64,000 bases of DNA, taken from Candidatus Marinacidobacterales bacterium. GTDB taxonomy: Bacteria > Acidobacteriota > Vicinamibacteria > Marinacidobacterales > SMYC01. Shown here piece after piece: positions 27,506 through 37,700 of the stretch. Made by a program: the position numbers and the translations under genes. Within the stretch, counting starts at the first letter, position 1, and the number at the start of each line of letters is the position of its first letter. The stretch is taken from NCBI GenBank assembly GCA_965224085.1, contig CBDCYI010000004.1, positions 1,152,001 to 1,216,000 of the forward strand. Reading direction: 5' to 3'. Below the pieces are notes generated by a model. The model was not told the origin of the DNA. It searched no databases and was given only the letters and a program-made list of their open reading frames with translations.

Positions 27506-29218
27506 ATGCGTTCCCTATGGTCGATGACGATGATTGCCGCCATGTTCCTGGCGGTATTTGTTCATTCGGTGGGCGAGGCTCAGACAAAAGCGTTGCCTAC
27601 CGATCCAAGAGACCCGCTTCTCAATCAGGGGCCGAAAGAGGAAGAGATCGCGGAGAAGGCCATGGTCAGCACCCAGCTTCCCGCGGTGACCGAGGCGGCT
27701 CTTCAGGTGCTGAGACAAGGCGGTAATGCCGCGGATGCTTTCATCACCGCGGTTTTCATGCAGCACGTCAACGACTTCCACCAGGTGTCTCTCTTCGGGG
27801 CCATGACCGGGCTCTACTACGAGGCGTCATCGGGAAAGTATTACGCTTTCAACGCTTTTTCGGACCGACCCCTGGCCGACAGAAGTGAAGTGGGCGACCC
27901 CAGCAAGGTGGCCATCGCGGGCACCGTTCGCGGTCTCGAAGCCCTCGCCAAGCGCTTTGGAACCCGTGCCTGGGCGAGCTACCTCGAGCCGGCGATCGCC
28001 TCGGCCGAAGAAGGTGTCCTCGTCACCTCCTTCATGTATGCCAGCAATTACTCGACGATGGAAAGAAGCCTGGCGGAGAACCGCGAAGCGAGAGAGTTCT
28101 ACAAGCCGGACGGGCATCTCGCTCCCGTCGGGTTCCGCTGGAAGATGCCCAAACTGGCGGAGACGCTCCGCAAAGTAGCGTCGGAAGGGGCGGACTATAT
28201 GTATACCGGCGCCTGGGGGCAGAAGTTCGTCGAGGAAGCAGTCGAGCGTGGAGGTCGCGTGACGCTCGAGGACATGGCGAGCTACGAAGTGCGGTGGATG
28301 GAGCCGGTGCGCTTCACGTATCGCGGACACGAGATCATTGGCGAGCCACCGCCCGGCACCGGCGGCCTGATTCAAGCCTACAGTATGAACATCCTCGAGA
28401 ACTTTGACTTGAGAGCGCTGGGGCACTTCACCACCTCGCCGCGAACCCTCGAGACCATGGCGCGCACCTTTGGCCGCGTCGAGGACGAGCTGCGTTGGAC
28501 GCTACGGGATCCGCTGAGTTTCCAAATCCCGAGCGAGGTCTGGCTTTCCAAGGAGTATGGACGAACGGGCGCCGAATTTGCGCGGAAGACCACGACGCAC
28601 CCCGGGGTGAGTCTTGCCGGCAGCAAGGAAACGGCGGGCGCTGACGGCGGTGTCCCTCTCCTCGCACGTCAGGAGCGAGACGGGCTTCCGGTTCTAGGCA
28701 GCAATCACAACGTGATCGTGGACGCCCAGGGAAACTGGATCTCGTCTCTCCATACCGGCCACGGAGGCGCTCCCGGCGTCTTCATCGACGGTGTCCGTGC
28801 AACCGGGAGCGGGATGCGGGGAGAAACGACGGGGCCGGGGCGGCGCATCCTGGCCGGAGTGGGTGCGGTCATGGTGGCCAAGGACGGTGTCCCGTGGCTG
28901 GCTTTGGGCACGCCCGGCTGGCCGCCTCAACCCATCGTGGAAGTGCTCGTCAACATCATCGATTTCGACATGCACCCGAAGGACGCAGCCGACGCGCCGC
29001 GCTTCTTTGCTTTTCTCAACAACGAGAACGTGGTGGAAATAGAGTCTCGGATCTCGGAGGAGGTGCGAGAAGGGATGGCCGCCGCGGGCATCAAGCTGAA
29101 CGAGCTCGGAGACTACAATTGGCATACCGGCTCGATGCAAATCGTCTGGCGCGACGCCGATGGAAAACTCCACGGTGTCAGCGACCCCCGTCGCCTGGGA
29201 TATTCGGCGGGCTACTAG
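27506..29218 (+). CDS. gamma-glutamyltransferase family Ntn-hydrolase (divergent)
   Basis: GGNAADA, LAETLRKVA, PPP, GSNHNVIVDAQGN, APRF, VSDPRR; AAGGAG RBS. Confidence 0.9.
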   Translation: MRSLWSMTMIAAMFLAVFVHSVGEAQTKALPTDPRDPLLNQGPKEEEIAEKAMVSTQLPAVTEAALQVLRQGGNAADAFITAVFMQHVNDFHQVSLFGAMTGLYYEASSGKYYAFNAFSDRPLADRSEVGDPSKVAIAGTVRGLEALAKRFGTRAWASYLEPAIASAEEGVLVTSFMYASNYSTMERSLAENREAREFYKPDGHLAPVGFRWKMPKLAETLRKVASEGADYMYTGAWGQKFVEEAVERGGRVTLEDMASYEVRWMEPVRFTYRGHEIIGEPPPGTGGLIQAYSMNILENFDLRALGHFTTSPRTLETMARTFGRVEDELRWTLRDPLSFQIPSEVWLSKEYGRTGAEFARKTTTHPGVSLAGSKETAGADGGVPLLARQERDGLPVLGSNHNVIVDAQGNWISSLHTGHGGAPGVFIDGVRATGSGMRGETTGPGRRILAGVGAVMVAKDGVPWLALGTPGWPPQPIVEVLVNIIDFDMHPKDAADAPRFFAFLNNENVVEIESRISEEVREGMAAAGIKLNELGDYNWHTGSMQIVWRDADGKLHGVSDPRRLGYSAGY

Positions 29219-29494
29219 TTACTGGAAGTCGACCTTCACTTCTGGGGACATCTGGTGGGCGGGCTCACATGGGAGCCGCTGTCGCTCTTCGTAGTGATGC
29301 TTATTGTGCACGCTGTGTCGAAACTGTGGACTTCTTGGCACTGCCGCGCCTAAGATGGCTCCCCTTTCGCCTTCAACACCGGCCCGGAGAACCTGCTCCG
29401 CGCTCATTCCCCCACGAGCTGGCGTTCGATTGCCGAAGACGGCAATCGAACGCGTCGAGCGAAGAGACGTCGACTGGGAGTTCTAAACGCGAAG

Positions 29495-30415
29495 GATAAG
29501 GAACAAAGGCGTCGCGTCTATCGAGATCTACTGAAGGTGTCGGAAGAAACCTATCGCTCCGCTCAACGCGTTGCAGACCAGTTGGACGAGTCCGGCTTGA
29601 CCGAGCCGGTGAAGCGAGCGAGTGCGGAGAAGATCGCCGCGGATTTTAAGCACTTTCTCGTCCTCACCGAAAAAGTCATCAACCAAACTCGGCGTAGAGT
29701 GATTGATGAAGAGCGTGTGCCTGCGGAGGAAAAGGTCGTTTCGATCTTCGAAGAACACACCGACATTATTCGCAAAGACCGGCGCGAGACTCTCTACGGT
29801 CACAAGGTGTGTTTGACTGGTGGCTCGTCCTCGATGATTTTGGATTGCGTGATCTTGGATGGGAATCCGTCCGATTCAACTCTCGCGGAAACCATGATCG
29901 ACCGTCAAGTCGAACTCTACGAACGGGCCCCGCGCCAGGTTGCCTACGATGGCGCGTTTTCTTCAAAGGCAAACTTGGAAGCCATCAAAGGCAAGGGAGT
30001 TGAAGATGTTGCCTTTACCAAGGCTCACTTCGCGGTGACCGATATGGTCAAGAGTTCCTGGGTCTATCAACGCCTACGGCGATTTCGCTGCGGAATCGAA
30101 GGCGTCATTTCGTTCTTGAAACGAGTCTTTGGTCTCGACCGATGCACATGGCGCTCATTGCCTTCTTTCAAATCCTACGTATGGAGTTCCATCATCACCT
30201 GCAACCTGTTGGTAATGGCAAGGCACCTATTACGATAATAATGATTACTCTTACTGCGTTTATAGCCATGGATTGCTGACGATTCGCCTCTCGTTTCGTC
30301 CAAGATTTTCATTCGCTTCCGAGCCTACGAGGTGCCGACTGAAAACGTATAATACCCACATCTTCGATAGGCCTCTCGTACACCACAAGTTATGGTGTTT
30401 CTGGACAGGAACTAG
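29495..30415 (+). mobile_element. ISNCY/IS5-like transposase, 5'-truncated, with right end
   Basis: EKVVSIFEEHTDIIRK..YGHK..GNPSD..DG..GIEGVISFLKR; CDS remnant ends 30238; end motif TTTCTGGACAGGAACTAG. Confidence 0.85.
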
Positions 30416-31924
30416 CTAGCCGCCTCCCCGGCTACCGATACACTCGAGCGCCAGCGCCGCGGCATCCGCGTTCGACGGGGCCACGACGACACCAGCCTCC
30501 TGCAGTGTCGCGATCTGCTGTGACCGGTCCTGCCGATCGCCACGCGTGCCGGTGACCGAGCAGACGATCACGGGTAGCTGTTCGGCATGCTCGTTCAGAC
30601 AGTTTGCCAGGTGGCCCGCGGGATCTTCCGCGGCACCCTGACCTATCACGATGTCGAGCAAAATGACCCCGACGCCGGCATCGGCGAACGCCTCGGCGAG
30701 CGGCGCATCGCGCACGGCGGGATCGATCATGGGATGTGGCCGACCCCGGGTGTACTCGTCGTCGCCCAGATCCAGCAGGACGTGTGCACCGTCGGCTCGC
30801 CCCAGTTCCCTCGCCCCAAAAACTGGGGCGTTGGACGCCACGGCTTCACCGGCCTCGGTAAACACCACTTGAGCTTCGGCGGCGAGCGTACCACCAGCGA
30901 ACAATCCTCGCACACGGCTACCGCGCGCAATGGTCCGGTGCGTTTCGACCCGGACCGCTTCGGGACCCGCAAAGCTTACGCCGCCGAGCGCCTGCTCGGC
31001 CGCAGCCTTCAGGGTACGCGCCAGGGTGGCGTTATGAGGCAACGGAATACCATCCGCCCCGACGAAACACACGGTGTAGGATTTCGCACTTGCGGCGATC
31101 TTTGCCGTAATGCGTGCAACGACATCACCGGCAGGCGGTTTGGAGATCAGCACGATATGTCGAGTGCCGGCGTCGGCTTCGAGTACTTCCATGGCCATCA
31201 GGGTCGAAATCCCGCCCACCGCTTCGCTGAGGTCACGCCCGCCCACGCCCAGTGCATGAGAAACACCGCCCCCGGCTTCGGACAGCAGCGACGACACCTC
31301 CTGCATTCCCGTCCCGGATGCACCGACGATGCCGGTCTCGCCCCTCGAGACGCGGTTCGCGAACGCCAGCGGCACGCCATCGATGATGGCGGTGCCGCAG
31401 TCCGGCCCCATCACCAGCAAGCCGAGATCCCGCGCCTGGCGTTTGAGCGCCACCTCATCGGCCAGCGCCACGTTGTCGCTGAAGATCATCACATGCCGGC
31501 CGCTTGCGAGTGCCTTCTGCGCTTCGAAAGCGGCGTACAAACCCGGCACCGAAATCAACACCAGGTTGGCAGCCGGCAGCACCTGCGAGGCACCGCGCAG
31601 GTCGCGCGGTCGAAAGCCGCCAGTCTTCTGCTGGCCGCGCGAACCGCGTTCCGCATCAAGCGCGTACTCGGCCGCTTCGAGCGCCTGTTCCGCCGCAGCC
31701 CTTGAGCGCGCGCGAACCGCTATCACCAGATCACCACCACTCGCGTCGATTCCGTCACCACTCAGGAGTCCCGCATCGAGCATGAGTCGTTGATTGGTTG
31801 GCGAACCCATCATCAGTGCGGCGTCATCGACACCGTCGCTGTCGGCCACGGCTCGCGAGATGCGCATGAGGGCGACCGAGTCGAGAAAAAAACCGCTCCG
31901 TACTCGGTGCAGGGATATGCTCAT
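30416..31924 (-). CDS. fdrA: FdrA/AllF acyl-CoA synthetase-like subunit of oxamate carbamoyltransferase
   Basis: DSVALM, ISVPG, FSDNV, MGPDCGT, GASGTG, GVGGRDL, DLGDDEYTRGRPHPMIDP. Confidence 0.93.
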   Translation of the reverse strand: MSISLHRVRSGFFLDSVALMRISRAVADSDGVDDAALMMGSPTNQRLMLDAGLLSGDGIDASGGDLVIAVRARSRAAAEQALEAAEYALDAERGSRGQQKTGGFRPRDLRGASQVLPAANLVLISVPGLYAAFEAQKALASGRHVMIFSDNVALADEVALKRQARDLGLLVMGPDCGTAIIDGVPLAFANRVSRGETGIVGASGTGMQEVSSLLSEAGGGVSHALGVGGRDLSEAVGGISTLMAMEVLEADAGTRHIVLISKPPAGDVVARITAKIAASAKSYTVCFVGADGIPLPHNATLARTLKAAAEQALGGVSFAGPEAVRVETHRTIARGSRVRGLFAGGTLAAEAQVVFTEAGEAVASNAPVFGARELGRADGAHVLLDLGDDEYTRGRPHPMIDPAVRDAPLAEAFADAGVGVILLDIVIGQGAAEDPAGHLANCLNEHAEQLPVIVCSVTGTRGDRQDRSQQIATLQEAGVVVAPSNADAAALALECIGSRGGG

Positions 31925-33366
31925 CGGATACCCATCCTCGCCGCGAAGGCACGCAACGCCTGCTCAAAGCAGCCGAGCGGTGCTTCGACAACCCCGGCGC
32001 CGACCTGCCCTACCCCGGGTTCGCGGTGCGCAATGCCGGTGTTTATGGTCGGGGCGATGCGCCTCGCGACGACGCGGCGAATATCGATGCCGGTTGGTAC
32101 GCCCAGGTAGTCAAGCGCGGGTATCGTCCACTCGGGGTTCCCACCGACGGTGATCTCTCGCATACGGTGTGTGACGAGCGCCGCTTCGGATGCTTGTCCG
32201 GCCCCTACGAACCCTGCCACCGCTGGCGCTGCGCCCATCGCAAATCCGCCAAGCCCGACGGTCTCGACGATCGTCGAATCACCCATGTCCGGGTTGGCGT
32301 CGACCTCGCTGAACCCCGGGAAGTACAGGCCCTGCGGCATCTCCACGGGTGCTGTGAACCACTCATCGCCGGTGCCACTCACTCGGATGCCAAAATCGGT
32401 ACCGTTTCTGGACATGGCGGTCACCACCGTGCTCGCCTCGATACCGCGCACCGGATCCATCATCGCCTTGCTGAGCACCATCGCGATATTGAGGAAGAAC
32501 TGGTCGTTGCCAGCGATGAACGTCAGTGCTTGCGCGAGCGTTTCGCTATCGTTACAACGCCGCGCCAGCGCGGGCGCCAATGCTCGCAACAGCAGTCCCG
32601 TGCAGGCAACGTTTCGCTGGTGCATCTCATCACCCATCCCGAGACCGCGGGCCACCAGGTTCTTGACTGGGACGCCCCCCATGTCACGCAAAGCATCGCC
32701 CAACACCGGACCGAGCACGTCACGCAGCCACGCGAGCCGGCTGAGGACATCCGCGTCGTTGCCACCGAAGCGCATGACTTTTCCCAGGCCTTCGTTGATC
32801 GTGCAATACGCACGGTTGCCGAACGCACGGTTCTCTACAACCATCACTGGCTGGGACATCGTGGTCAGACCGGTCATCGGTCCAACGGCGGCAAAGTGAT
32901 GGTTGGGCTGAAAGTCGAAAGCACCGCGCGCCGCCATGCGGTCCGCCGCGGCCAGGTCCTCCGCCCAGCCCTCGAAAACCGCGACCCCGGCCACCGCACC
33001 CCGCATCGGCCCGCACATACGCTGCCAGTCGATTGGCGGGCCGGCATGCAGGATCATTTGCGGCCCCAGCCCGGCAATGCATTCAGTCGCCGGCACGACA
33101 TCGATCAGCACCGGGTCGGAAGCGAGGATGCGCTGCAATGCCTCCCGATTGGCCGTCTCGACGCGCGAACTCAGGCCGCTCGCCGACACGTCATCGAGCT
33201 TCCCGAGCAGCGACGCCAGCTCCGGATCGCCACCAGCGGGCGGAGCCCAGTCCACGTGCACCACATCGACACCGAGCTCTGACAGGTCACTGGCGAACGC
33301 TTCGAGACCCACGTTGATGACGCCGGTTACCTGATCGAGGCGTTTACGATCTGGCGGTTTCGACAT
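31921..33366 (-). CDS. ylbE: DUF1116 / YlbE (AllG) protein with fused short N-terminal domain
   Basis: LHAGPP, AVGPMTG, NEGLGKVMRFG, MGDEMHQRN, MSRNG, DMGDS, INTGIAH. Confidence 0.92.
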   Translation of the reverse strand: MSKPPDRKRLDQVTGVINVGLEAFASDLSELGVDVVHVDWAPPAGGDPELASLLGKLDDVSASGLSSRVETANREALQRILASDPVLIDVVPATECIAGLGPQMILHAGPPIDWQRMCGPMRGAVAGVAVFEGWAEDLAAADRMAARGAFDFQPNHHFAAVGPMTGLTTMSQPVMVVENRAFGNRAYCTINEGLGKVMRFGGNDADVLSRLAWLRDVLGPVLGDALRDMGGVPVKNLVARGLGMGDEMHQRNVACTGLLLRALAPALARRCNDSETLAQALTFIAGNDQFFLNIAMVLSKAMMDPVRGIEASTVVTAMSRNGTDFGIRVSGTGDEWFTAPVEMPQGLYFPGFSEVDANPDMGDSTIVETVGLGGFAMGAAPAVAGFVGAGQASEAALVTHRMREITVGGNPEWTIPALDYLGVPTGIDIRRVVARRIAPTINTGIAHREPGVGQVGAGVVEAPLGCFEQALRAFAARMGIR

Positions 33367-33378
33367 GGGCGCGACGGC

Positions 33379-34635
33379 TCAGCTCGGCTGTTCGTAGGCG
33401 GCGTAGGCGGCATCCACCGCCGCACCAGGGCTCGAAGTATAGTGCTGCCGACGGAGCACGGCTTCCAGTGCAGTAAGACAGCGCAATACGCTCGTTCGGC
33501 GACACACGTGACCCATCGTACCGATCCGCCAGATCTTGCCGTGCAACGGGCCGAACGAGGTGCCGATCTCGATACCGAAATCCTCCAGCATTTCGGTTCG
33601 CAGCCGATCACCGTCGATGCCATCTGGAATCACTACGCCGGTCACGTTCGCCATCCGCGCACCCGGGTCGCCGTATAGTTGCAGGTCCATGGCCTCGAGA
33701 CCGGCACGCAACGCGCGACCGGTAACGGCGTGTCTCTGAAACCCCTGCTCCAGACCCTCGGCCAATACTACGCGGGCGCACTCGCGCGCTGCGTAGAGCA
33801 TGCTGGTCGCCTCGGTGTGGTGATTCAGGCGTGTCGGCGACCAGTAGTCCATCAGCATCGGCAGGTCGAAATAGTTCGAGCGTATACGGGCCCCTGCAGC
33901 GTCCCGGGCTCCTTGCGGGCGAATGCCGAGTTCGATGTGTTTACGCGTATTGACGACGTCCGCCACGCGTTCATTGAAAGTGACCGGCGCAGAACCCGGG
34001 GGGCCTGACATGCATTTCTGCAATCCGGCGGTCACCGCATCGAGCTGCCACGCATCGACTTCCAGCGGATTGCCACCGAGCGTCGCCGTGGCGTCAACGT
34101 AAACCACGACATCCGCGTCATGACAATACGCCCCGATTTCGGCGAGCGGCTGCGCCATGGTCGTCGAGGTGTCACCATGAACCATCGCCAGTACGTTGGG
34201 CCGATGTCGACGCACCGCGTCGGCGATCTGGTCGGGCTCGAACACGCTCCCCCACTCGGTTTCGATCGATTCGACGCGCGCGTCATAGCGCGCCGCGATC
34301 TCCATCAGCAAGTGCCCGAAACGCCCGAACACCGGCACCAGCACCGTATCCCCCGGCGTGATCAGGGATGCCAGACAGGCTTCGATACCGGCTCTGGCCG
34401 TGCCGTCGACCAAAAGCGTCCACTGATTGTCGGTACGAAACACCTGCCGGTACAACACCATGACCTCGTTCATGTAGGCGGTAAACTGTGGGTCGAACTG
34501 ACCCAGCATGGGTGTTGCCATGGCACGCAATACCGGCGGATAGACGTCGACCGGACCCGGACCCATCAGCAGTCTTGGTGGCGGGTCCAGAGCGTCGAAA
34601 AGGGCGGGGGTCCGACTGCTCGTCATGTCATCCAT
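33379..34635 (-). CDS. pucG: (S)-ureidoglycine-glyoxylate aminotransferase (PucG/HpxJ-like, class V)
   Basis: RLLMGPGP, GQFDP, GTARAGIEA, HGDTST, GLQKCMSGPPG, SNYFDL, NHHTEATSM. Confidence 0.88.
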   Translation of the reverse strand: MDDMTSSRTPALFDALDPPPRLLMGPGPVDVYPPVLRAMATPMLGQFDPQFTAYMNEVMVLYRQVFRTDNQWTLLVDGTARAGIEACLASLITPGDTVLVPVFGRFGHLLMEIAARYDARVESIETEWGSVFEPDQIADAVRRHRPNVLAMVHGDTSTTMAQPLAEIGAYCHDADVVVYVDATATLGGNPLEVDAWQLDAVTAGLQKCMSGPPGSAPVTFNERVADVVNTRKHIELGIRPQGARDAAGARIRSNYFDLPMLMDYWSPTRLNHHTEATSMLYAARECARVVLAEGLEQGFQRHAVTGRALRAGLEAMDLQLYGDPGARMANVTGVVIPDGIDGDRLRTEMLEDFGIEIGTSFGPLHGKIWRIGTMGHVCRRTSVLRCLTALEAVLRRQHYTSSPGAAVDAAYAAYEQPS

Positions 34636-34897
34636 AGCAAACGATCCCACCACAATCCGCGCGATACTGTCCAGTGACGTTACCAGGCGCATCGTGCCAC
34701 GCAACAGCGACGCACATCGCAGCGATGTCCACGTTGTGAACCTATCCGCCCCTCGCGTCGGACTGTGGAGCGGCCGGGTTGGTCGGCAGTGACGACGACA
34801 ACTCTGCCGGGAACCGGCTGCCATCACAGTGTAGCGCGTGCACGCGTTGTGCGCTTCCCGATACTCTTCCGGGATGAGACTCTGTTCAGCAGCGCGA

Positions 34898-35345
34898 GTG
34901 GCAGAACCGCGGCTGCAGTTTTGCGCTGGACAAGCACTCGCTGAATGAGCTCAAACCGCGCCGCCGGCCGTTTCACACCATTCAACCTCCACTCGCGCTG
35001 CTGAACGACGGGCGTACCCTGGTGTTCGGCACTATGGGTGGTGACGGCCAGCCTCAGACGCAAGCGGTAGTGTTCACTCGTCACGTGCTCTACGGCCAGG
35101 AGTTGCAAGCAGCGATCACCGCACCGCGCTGGCTGCTGGGGCGGACCTGGGGAACCGAAATCACCCGTCTGAGGATGGAGAGTCGTTTCGACGTAGATCT
35201 CATCGATCGGCTTCGCGACGCTGGTCACGACATCGAAGTCGTGGGCCCGTACGACGAGTTGATGGGCCATGCCGACGCCGTGGTGCACCATCCGTCCGGT
35301 CTTCTGGAAGGCGCGTCCGATCCACGCAGGCGATGGTGAAGCGGC
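34898..35345 (+). pseudogene. hpxW: HpxW-like oxamate amidohydrolase (GGT family) C-terminal fragment
   Basis: WQNRGCSF...PFHT...GTMGGDGQPQTQA...PRWLLGRTWG...GASDPR; no 5' part. Confidence 0.7.
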
Positions 35346-35390
35346 TGGCTTCTAGCGGACCAGCATGCGACAAATCTGTGCATCACGACC

Positions 35391-36746
35391 TCAACGAATC
35401 AAGTAGAACGACTCCTGTCGCGGTCGGAAGAATATGTAGCCGGATTCGGTCAGGTAGGCAGGGTCCTCGTGCATCACGAACACTTCCTTCCCGTTCCATT
35501 CCGGAACCGGAGTTCTCGTGTTGAGCTCGATGGACATGTAAGAGCCGTTTCGAAGCCGCTTGGCGAGCCGGTCCCGGCGGTCGCGCTGGACACTGCGGAA
35601 GTCGATCCCGGCACCCATGCCGTGGCCATGATTGCCGAGAGGATGGCTGTAAATCTGCGCGCGAATGCCCTTCTTCTCCATCTGTGCCATGGCGATCTCG
35701 TAGACCTCGCCCGCGGTGCGTTCCGGACGCGCGGCGCGAAGCGTGAGCGCATCCTGTAGAGCGTTGGTGTTGGCGAGCGCCCGCTTCAGTCCCGCGGGCG
35801 CATCGTCTTCACCCTCGCGCAGAACGTAGGCCATCTTTTGCCAGTCGCTGTCGAATCCCATGTAACTGATGCCGAAGTCCAGGTGCAGGAGATCGCCGCG
35901 CTCGACGACGAGGCTCTCGCTTGCCACCGCCAGAAAGCCGCGGGAAGTCGCGTTCGGCGTTTCCATGCGCTGAAGGCGAAAGTCGGGCTGGAACCAGGTG
36001 TCGACACCGTTCTCCCAGAGGGCATCATAGAGCCAGCGGCGCAGATCTCCGATGGTCGTCGTGCCGGGCGTGATCGCCCCGTTCGAAAGGGCGCGGCGCG
36101 CCAGCACTTCGGTGAGGTGAACGAGCTTCTCGTAGTGCTCTTTCTCTCCCGGAATCCGCGTCTCGAGAAACTCCTCGATGAGATCGGCGGCACTCGTGAG
36201 CTTGTCCGCGTCCGCCCCGAGCGCCTCGCTCAACAACAGGAACGTATCGTGCGTCAAGCTCCGCGTCATGCCCCGCCGGCCACCGATGCCCACCGCAACC
36301 TTTTCCGGTCGATACGTCTCGTTGAGCGCCGCCAGCACCTCTTCCGAGGGACGCGGCTCGTCCGGGTTTGGCGTAAAGCGAGCCTGCTCGAAGAAACGTT
36401 CGAGGTTCTCCTCCCAGAAGCCAGTCAAGGCGACCCGCTTCAGACCATCGTCACCGGCATCGATGAAGACGAAGATATCGCGGCCTCCCGCGTACGGTCG
36501 TGGTGGAGCGACGTACTCGGTGAGCGGATCGTCATGGAACTCCTCGTTCACCACGATCCACATACCGATGCCGTGCCGGCGCATCATGGGCAGGAGCATC
36601 TCGTAACGCTCGACGAGCCATCCCTCGCGCACCGCCATCTGCTCGGACCAGCTGAGAAGAGCCGGCTCCGTCTGTGACCGGGCGGCGGTTACACCAAGAA
36701 GCGAAAAAAGGAAGGCGGCGACGGCGACGGGGCTGCGAGGGGACAT
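35391..36746 (-). CDS. M24 family metallopeptidase (Xaa-Pro-like), secreted
   Basis: GDLLHLDFG..DSD, HPLGNHGH, SIE, HED. Confidence 0.9.
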   Translation of the reverse strand: MSPRSPVAVAAFLFSLLGVTAARSQTEPALLSWSEQMAVREGWLVERYEMLLPMMRRHGIGMWIVVNEEFHDDPLTEYVAPPRPYAGGRDIFVFIDAGDDGLKRVALTGFWEENLERFFEQARFTPNPDEPRPSEEVLAALNETYRPEKVAVGIGGRRGMTRSLTHDTFLLLSEALGADADKLTSAADLIEEFLETRIPGEKEHYEKLVHLTEVLARRALSNGAITPGTTTIGDLRRWLYDALWENGVDTWFQPDFRLQRMETPNATSRGFLAVASESLVVERGDLLHLDFGISYMGFDSDWQKMAYVLREGEDDAPAGLKRALANTNALQDALTLRAARPERTAGEVYEIAMAQMEKKGIRAQIYSHPLGNHGHGMGAGIDFRSVQRDRRDRLAKRLRNGSYMSIELNTRTPVPEWNGKEVFVMHEDPAYLTESGYIFFRPRQESFYLIR

Positions 36747-37375
36747 CAGGACGTACCGGACGACAGCGAGTCCAGCTCGACCTTCGGTTGGAAGCCTCGG
36801 CCGGTGACACCCGCCGTAGGAGAGGCAAACCCTGGTCCGGTCCGGAAGTCACCGAGCGTCGCTCGTTCCACGCGTCGGTTCCGCAGAAGGTCGATCATCA
36901 CGCGGATCGCCTGCTCCCAATCCTCGGAAAGAACTTCCACGGAGAGCGTGAGGCCGTCGACGTCGAGCTCGGCGTCGAGTTGCGTGCCGAGGGATTCGAG
37001 CCGGAGCGACAAGGGCGGTGAGCCCTGCGAGTCGCTGGTCAGAACGCGCGTCAGCGCCTCCGAGCCGCCCGCCTCATCCTCTCTCTCGTAGAATCGCCCG
37101 ATCGGAATAGCCGCCGTCACCCGGACTAGTGGGTCGGAGGCATCCGCTATCACGTAGGCCCGAAGACCGCTCGCGGCCTCCAACCGGGCCGTTTCCGGAG
37201 CGGGAGGTCGAAACGAGCTGGGCTCGAAAGTGAAATCCCGCGGATGTGGCCAGTCGTGCTCGAGGAGAGGGCGCGAGTGACCGGGAAGTATCGTTGCTTC
37301 CTGCTCGCAGCTGACCAGCACAAAGGTCGCGACGCAGCAAAGGCCTGCCGAAACGATGAACGTCTTCAGAGTCAT
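36746..37375 (-). pseudogene. M16 (insulinase)-like lipoprotein subunit, truncated
   Basis: HPRDFTF...GLRAYVIAD..PLV...LESLG; only 209 aa; an upstream M16 C-terminal remnant (DDIARVARRYF) at 37372-37475 overlaps its start by ATGA. Confidence 0.6.
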
Positions 37376-37700
37376 GGCGAACTCGCTTTCCCCGGGTCGC
37401 TTCGCGTCGTGGCGATGACCCGATTCGATGAAACGAAGTAGCGGCGGGCCACCCGCGCGATGTCGTCCGCGGACTGACGAAAGAAAAGCTCGATCGCCTC
37501 ATTCGGAAGGTCGAGCGCCGCGGCTACGAAGAGGCGGTTTTCCTCAAAGGACCTCCCTCAACGGGGTGTTGACCGGGCCGAAACTGCCGGGGATTGTATC
37601 CGCCTGCGAGGTCAGAAGCGAGGACCAGCTTGCCAGCACCAAAACCCTTCTCCCAGGGGAGAGGGAGCGCGCGCTCGAAGGGCATCGTGAACTCGTCGGT

